A model generated the notes under the pieces. That model did not search any database and was not told where the DNA came from. It saw nothing but the letters and a program-made list of their open reading frames with translations. This document shows, one piece after another, positions 58,579 to 64,000 of a stretch of 64,000 nt of DNA. Made by a program: the position numbers and the translations under genes. The stretch lies in the IMG/VR virus record IMGVR_UViG_3300027996_002186, positions 186,001 through 250,000 of that record; one strand, written 5' to 3'. Position 1 is the stretch's first letter; each line of letters opens with the position of its first letter.

Positions 58579-58697
58579 AAACTATATATTAATTATATAC
58601 TTCCTTTTGTGTAAAAATACTTACGAATATTCACCGCTATATTCCGTGATGTTACTTTATCGATTCAGTCAAAAACTTGAAGCTTACTTCATGTTCA

Positions 58698-61600
58698 TCA
58701 CTTGTTCAGCTCATTAATATCCACACATCCTCTACAAGATGGGTTTGATGCAACACCTTCCTCATAACAAATAACCCCGAGATCTAGTGATCTAAATATA
58801 TTCCAAGTGTGCATAGATGATGTACCAGTACAATTCATAACTCTATATAATATTTGCTTATTGAATGGATCAGTAACACACCCATCAAATTTGAAATAAG
58901 AACCTTGCCAGTTACCATTTCTCCAAGTACCATCTTCCCAACAGATATTATAAGCATTCATATAGTTAGAAATACCATCTCTCCAAACCATACCAAATCC
59001 AGTACCAGATAACCATCTACCTTGATTCCACTGTGATATATAAAAGTCACTATCATCAAATTTACCATTATACCAAACACAAGAACCACTTCCAGTTGTT
59101 AAATCATCATTTAAGTTAAATGATTTACCATCTTCTCCATAAAAAGGGGCATAAAAGTCCTCGGATCCTATTTGATCTATTAAATCATCTCCACTTGGAC
59201 CATAAATCATTTGTCCTTGAAGTGCTATAAAAGTCATAGAATTAGAAGAAGTGGCAGTTGAAATTACTTCTCCTAAAAATGAAGGGTTGTTATTTTGACT
59301 AAATGTTCCTCCAGCTATCCAATTATCAGTTAGATAAGATCCTACCACAGTAATGGGTACTGATGGATAACCATTAGGTACTTTATTATATCTAATTACC
59401 CATGGATTGAAAGAACTTGATTTAAATGTTCCTGCATCGAATCCACCATCTAACCAAACACTTTCTTTAAATTCTCCTGATGGGTGACTAAATGTTCCAC
59501 TAATCCAAAGTGCATTTTCAAATGTTGCTCTTTTTAGGCTTATTCTTTTGATAGCTCTTTCTTTAACAGAGTATATCTTTTTATCCTTTATAAACTTATC
59601 TTTAATATTTGTGAAATATCCAGTATTCCATTTACCATAATATGATTGTGTATAAGACTCTACGAAGTTATACGCATTTGATACTGTCATACCATCAACT
59701 TTATACCCACCAACAGCAGGATATGTAGATGATCCTTTGAATTTACCAGCTGTTAATATTCCATCATTCCAATATCTACCAACAAATTCACCACCATTAA
59801 ACTCTCCTGAGTACCAAATTGAATTTGTTGCTAAATTCGCATTTCCAAATTCACCACCGTTAAATACACCATCTTCCCAACCATAATCTGTTTGTGTTGT
59901 TGATCCTGCTAATGTCCATCCATATCCTGATATAAATTGTCCACCATTAAATATTCCGTTTTCCCACTTCCCATTTGTTACAAATTGTCCATCATTAAAT
60001 GTTCCATCTTTCCAGGTAGCCGTGTGTGAAGGGGTAGTTTGTAAAATATCACATCCAAACACACCACCGTTAAATACACCATCTTCCCAAACGATATTCT
60101 TATCATCTGTCATTGTCAAACTTGTGTCTATTGCGTATAGTGTTGCGTTTTCAACTGTTGTGTAACTAACTGTTCCGTTATAAACTAATGTGTCTGTTGT
60201 TGATGTAGTTAAATCACCAATAAAACCACCATTTATAACACCATCATAGAATTTAGAGTAATAAAATAGACCACCATTAAACTTACCCATTTCCCAATCA
60301 CTCTTATGAAATTCACCCTTTTCAAATGTTCCATTTTGCCAAGAATTTCTATTATTGAATATAAATTCATCTGTTATTCCATCCTTATAATACGATTTTA
60401 TATTTTCATTATAATGAAATTCATTATATATTGTTGGGTTAGCATCAAACGTTCTGGATTCATAAAATGTTCCATTTTTTAAAGTTCCATCAATCCATCT
60501 ACTTCTTTTTATAACACCATTTTTCAGTGTAGATCCATTCCATATCAATGAATCTCCCAACACATTTACCCAATCATCTGTTCCGTCAACTACATGAGAA
60601 TTCATGTAAAGACCCTTCGATAGAATATTAGAGTTATCCCTAAATAGTGAATCGGATATAACTAAGCTTCTTATTTTCTCTAAATCCGTGAAATCTTTAT
60701 CTTCTACATCAAAAGAATCATTTTCTATAAATGATCCTTTTATATAAGTTCTTCTGAATAAACCAGATTTTATCTTAGATTTGTCAAATCTAGATTTGTG
60801 TATATATCCATATCTATTATATGCTCTACCAGTATTAAATAACCCACCATCTAATAATGTAGATAATACACTATATGTTCCAGTAATTACTTCTTCCAAT
60901 TCTAATGTACTAAAAGTGGAACCTGGTGAATTAGATAATATTTTATATGTATCTGGTAATGTGGTAACAGAACCGGTTGTTGATAAAACAGTAACTTCTG
61001 AGTTAACACCACCATCGTTAATTGTGATTAAATCACCAATCTGATATCCTATACCTGATGTACTTACAGTCGCACTTAAAACTTCACCATTTGTTATAGT
61101 TGCTACAATTACGGATGCGGTTGGTGTAGCACCTGGTATTTCAAGAATATCACCAATTTGATATCCTATCCCACCATTAGATATTGTTGCTGATATAACT
61201 ACATTACTGAGCACTGTGTAATCCAACGTAGCTCCTGATCCAAGTCCACCAGTAATAGGGATATTAGAATAAGGACCATCACCATAATTACCACCAGGAG
61301 TTAGGTTATTTATAGATAAAATAGTACCAATTGTATCTGGTGTATAATCAACTGTTAAATTCACACCCGACCCACCTATTGTTGATACATTAGTATTGGA
61401 TTGTGTATAACCAGAACCAGAAGCACTTATCATAAATGATGTTACTTTACCTGTTGTGTCATAATCTACATTATTTAAGAACACGATATCTCCTACACCC
61501 ATACATCCCTCTAATGCCTCCGGATATTGAGAATTATAAGTAGTTGTTGCTGTTAATATAGAACTAAATGTTGATATACTTAAATTATAATAACCACCTT

Positions 61601-63776
61601 CTGTTGTGGGTGTCGTAATATTAATATCATTATTGTAATCAATATGTCTACCACTATTCCAATTTGATGTTTCAAATAAACCACTTTCAAATTCAGAATC
61701 TACAATATAAGCTTTTGAGAAATCTATATTATTTCCTAATAATGGTGGTATGTTAATAAAACCTCCATTATATTGTGGTACAGTAGGTATATCTGATAAC
61801 GTGATATCAGAACTTCTGTTAAAATCTTTAGCAACATCAGTAGGACCTGATGGGCTATGTATATCATAAATTGAAACAACAACATCAATTGAATATCCCT
61901 TTTTAGAATTTTCATCCACTACATCAGTGTAACTTCCTGGAGTGCCGTTAACAGATGTATATCTCCATTCATTATCTCCCGGAGTTGATAAAAACACTGA
62001 ATATTCTATGCCTCTTTTATAAAAAGAATGTGCTGCTACTGCAATAGGTTGTGTAATAGCCGTGGTTGTATAACCATCAATATACCTTGTCCATGATCCA
62101 ACTCTGAATTTATCATCAAAGAATTTAATAACATCTTTTGAATTATCATTTATTTTAATTCCTTTGATATAAAATGAATCTTTTAATTTTAACCTTTCAA
62201 AATCACTTCTACTAAGATAAAATTTATAAACTTTGTGTGATATTTCTCTTGAACTAAATGTACCACCAGATTTATATTCGGAAATGTTAAACTCATCATA
62301 ATCCAATATTTTAATTATTTCATCACTAAGATAATTTGAATTCTTTATAACTGATTTACCATAATTGGAGTTAACTGACTTTATGTTATTAAACATTGTA
62401 TTTGTTGATCTAGATGTTTTAACTTCTGAATTATTAACAAAGGCATCTTCGAACCGACAATTCTCAAAGAATGCTTTATTTACTGTATTATTATACTTTT
62501 GTGTTATTCCTAGTTGTTTGTTGATATATCGTAAAATATGACTTTCGACAATTGAATATGTTAATGATATATCACCACCAATATTTGTATTTATGAAATT
62601 TCCGTTATTAACAACAGATTTTTTGATTTCAGAATCAATTATATAATTAAACCCTTTGTTATTATTATCTGGTTTGTTTACCTTTTGGTAAGGTATTCCA
62701 TATTCATCAAGCTCAGATAAATAACTTTCTGGTAATGTATATTTAGAATCAAATGTACCATCTTCCCATTCAGTATTTAATAATGTTCCATTGTACCAAG
62801 AACCTTTTCCTTCCCATTTTATTTTCTCATCTTGTCTACCATAAACTCCTGTGTTCCAATCTCCTTTAAAATTACCATTCCTAAAATTACCCTTAGTTAA
62901 CAAAGATTGATTATATAAAATATTAATTATCCATTCTGATTGTGTACCTGGTACAGCATCGTGCTCTGGTGCCGTTCCCCACTCATAAGTAAATCCTTCT
63001 TTGAATTCAAATGATTTACCCCCAAAACTATGACTAAATGTATCATTTAATATTCTAACCTTGTTATTATTTGTGTATGTTGGTGAAAGTGCATAAGAAA
63101 ATGAACCAGACATAAACTCAGTTGTTATATTAGTCCATCCATCTATGTCATCTCTAACAAAAAATCCTGGACTACCAACTAAACCATCATTCTGACCCCA
63201 AGAAGTTAGTGGATCCCAATTTTGTTCTGTATAAATTATACTATTTTGATAGTAATTATATTTGTAATCAAAACTACCTTCTCTAGTTGTTATCTCTCTA
63301 TTAACATTTAAGAAATCTTCTTTTGTTTTAACGTTACGAACTTTTATAAATTGGTCTAAATCATCATCTTGCCAAACCGGAACACCTATATAATCAATAT
63401 CTAAAACAACTTGGCAATTATCAATGAATATAACTTTATAACCATCCCTACCTTTCTTATATTTATCTAATTTTATTAATAAATCATTGTCATAATTACC
63501 GTTAAGTATAAATACTCTATCACCAACTTTTAATCCAGAATTTACCTCAGTATAAAACAAGGTTTTTCTTATACCACCTATTATATAAGGCTCTACCCAA
63601 TTTAATAATCTTGGTGAAAAGGGTTTATCTGATTGATAATCTAAGCTTTTGAGAGGATCAACACCAACCAATTTTATATTATCACCAGCAGATTTTAAAT
63701 CCTCTGATGATATTAATCTAGGTTTGGTGGAAATTAATTTCCCAATATTTTTAGATAAAGATGAAAATGATGCCAT
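58698..63776 (-). CDS. giant putative baseplate/tail protein with W/F-x-x-G-x repeats and GxGY..GD repeats
   Basis: 1692 aa; WEDGVFNGG repeats; GIGYQIGD twice. Confidence 0.7.
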   Translation of the reverse strand: MASFSSLSKNIGKLISTKPRLISSEDLKSAGDNIKLVGVDPLKSLDYQSDKPFSPRLLNWVEPYIIGGIRKTLFYTEVNSGLKVGDRVFILNGNYDNDLLIKLDKYKKGRDGYKVIFIDNCQVVLDIDYIGVPVWQDDDLDQFIKVRNVKTKEDFLNVNREITTREGSFDYKYNYYQNSIIYTEQNWDPLTSWGQNDGLVGSPGFFVRDDIDGWTNITTEFMSGSFSYALSPTYTNNNKVRILNDTFSHSFGGKSFEFKEGFTYEWGTAPEHDAVPGTQSEWIINILYNQSLLTKGNFRNGNFKGDWNTGVYGRQDEKIKWEGKGSWYNGTLLNTEWEDGTFDSKYTLPESYLSELDEYGIPYQKVNKPDNNNKGFNYIIDSEIKKSVVNNGNFINTNIGGDISLTYSIVESHILRYINKQLGITQKYNNTVNKAFFENCRFEDAFVNNSEVKTSRSTNTMFNNIKSVNSNYGKSVIKNSNYLSDEIIKILDYDEFNISEYKSGGTFSSREISHKVYKFYLSRSDFERLKLKDSFYIKGIKINDNSKDVIKFFDDKFRVGSWTRYIDGYTTTAITQPIAVAAHSFYKRGIEYSVFLSTPGDNEWRYTSVNGTPGSYTDVVDENSKKGYSIDVVVSIYDIHSPSGPTDVAKDFNRSSDITLSDIPTVPQYNGGFINIPPLLGNNIDFSKAYIVDSEFESGLFETSNWNSGRHIDYNNDINITTPTTEGGYYNLSISTFSSILTATTTYNSQYPEALEGCMGVGDIVFLNNVDYDTTGKVTSFMISASGSGYTQSNTNVSTIGGSGVNLTVDYTPDTIGTILSINNLTPGGNYGDGPYSNIPITGGLGSGATLDYTVLSNVVISATISNGGIGYQIGDILEIPGATPTASVIVATITNGEVLSATVSTSGIGYQIGDLITINDGGVNSEVTVLSTTGSVTTLPDTYKILSNSPGSTFSTLELEEVITGTYSVLSTLLDGGLFNTGRAYNRYGYIHKSRFDKSKIKSGLFRRTYIKGSFIENDSFDVEDKDFTDLEKIRSLVISDSLFRDNSNILSKGLYMNSHVVDGTDDWVNVLGDSLIWNGSTLKNGVIKRSRWIDGTLKNGTFYESRTFDANPTIYNEFHYNENIKSYYKDGITDEFIFNNRNSWQNGTFEKGEFHKSDWEMGKFNGGLFYYSKFYDGVINGGFIGDLTTSTTDTLVYNGTVSYTTVENATLYAIDTSLTMTDDKNIVWEDGVFNGGVFGCDILQTTPSHTATWKDGTFNDGQFVTNGKWENGIFNGGQFISGYGWTLAGSTTQTDYGWEDGVFNGGEFGNANLATNSIWYSGEFNGGEFVGRYWNDGILTAGKFKGSSTYPAVGGYKVDGMTVSNAYNFVESYTQSYYGKWNTGYFTNIKDKFIKDKKIYSVKERAIKRISLKRATFENALWISGTFSHPSGEFKESVWLDGGFDAGTFKSSSFNPWVIRYNKVPNGYPSVPITVVGSYLTDNWIAGGTFSQNNNPSFLGEVISTATSSNSMTFIALQGQMIYGPSGDDLIDQIGSEDFYAPFYGEDGKSFNLNDDLTTGSGSCVWYNGKFDDSDFYISQWNQGRWLSGTGFGMVWRDGISNYMNAYNICWEDGTWRNGNWQGSYFKFDGCVTDPFNKQILYRVMNCTGTSSMHTWNIFRSLDLGVICYEEGVASNPSCRGCVDINELNK

Positions 63777-63833
63777 TAATAGTTTGCAAACTTTTTAGTA
63801 TATATAAATTTGTTAATAGTTTCTATAAGGTAT

Positions 63834-63860
63834 TAAACATTTTTACCTATATTTGTATAA
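63834..63860 (+). promoter_or_regulatory. composite promoter: TAAAC-N17-TATAA enclosing TATATTTG
   Basis: TAAAC 63834-38, CCTATATTTG 63846-55, TATAA 63856-60. Confidence 0.6.
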
Positions 63861-63865
63861 ATAAT

Positions 63866-64000
63866 ATGAAAAAGAAAATTTTAGTATTTACAGGAGCCGG
63901 AGTTTCGGCGGAGAGTGGGGTGGAAACATTTCGTGATACCAATGGATTATGGTGTAATCATAAGATAGAAGATGTGGCTACTCCTGATGGTTGGAAAAAA
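63866..64000 (+). CDS. cobB: Sir2/CobB NAD-dependent deacylase, 3'-truncated by window edge
   Basis: MKKKILVFTGAGVSAESGVETFRDTNGLW...EDVATP. Confidence 0.9.
   Translation, partial: MKKKILVFTGAGVSAESGVETFRDTNGLWCNHKIEDVATPDGWKK

Noticed and set aside
1-64000. Stop-codon reassignment as seen in some large phages
   Set aside because: Long genes are intact in the standard code, coding density is high, and TAA, TGA and TAG all terminate plausible genes.
1-64000. CRISPR array, DGR or group I/II intron
   Set aside because: No regularly spaced repeats, no reverse transcriptase, and no interrupted core gene other than the two in-frame inteins were seen.

Overview
AT-rich, gene-dense 64-kb segment of a large T4-superfamily-like (jumbo) myophage genome in the standard genetic code. 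The host is most likely Bacteroidota: there are repeated TAnnTTTG-type promoters, no Shine-Dalgarno motifs, and Bacteroidota-like bS21 and Hc1 genes. Recognisable genes: UvsX/RecA, gp46/SbcC, a RuvC-like nuclease, PhoH and DnaJ (each with a LAGLIDADG intein), a DNA methyltransferase, Nudix, HADs, a metallophosphoesterase, an M28 peptidase, a ligase adenylation domain, a partial sirtuin, rpsU, tRNA-Cys, a zinc-ribbon homing endonuclease, an S74 tail fibre and several giant virion proteins with W-x-x-G-x repeats. The most striking unexplained patterns are: (1) two separate short fragments of the gp23 major capsid protein, each carrying an R-[DEK]-x-K-I-x-x-I motif that recurs in about ten unrelated small proteins; (2) about 20 proteins with a T4-CTS-like N-terminal leader; (3) three promoter classes, with the late box often exactly 4 nt before ATG (predicted leaderless mRNAs); (4) an intein splitting a DnaJ zinc finger; (5) unannotated micro-ORFs, including an SSB-tail mimic and a metallothionein-like peptide. 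All family assignments come from motif recognition by eye; no searches were run.
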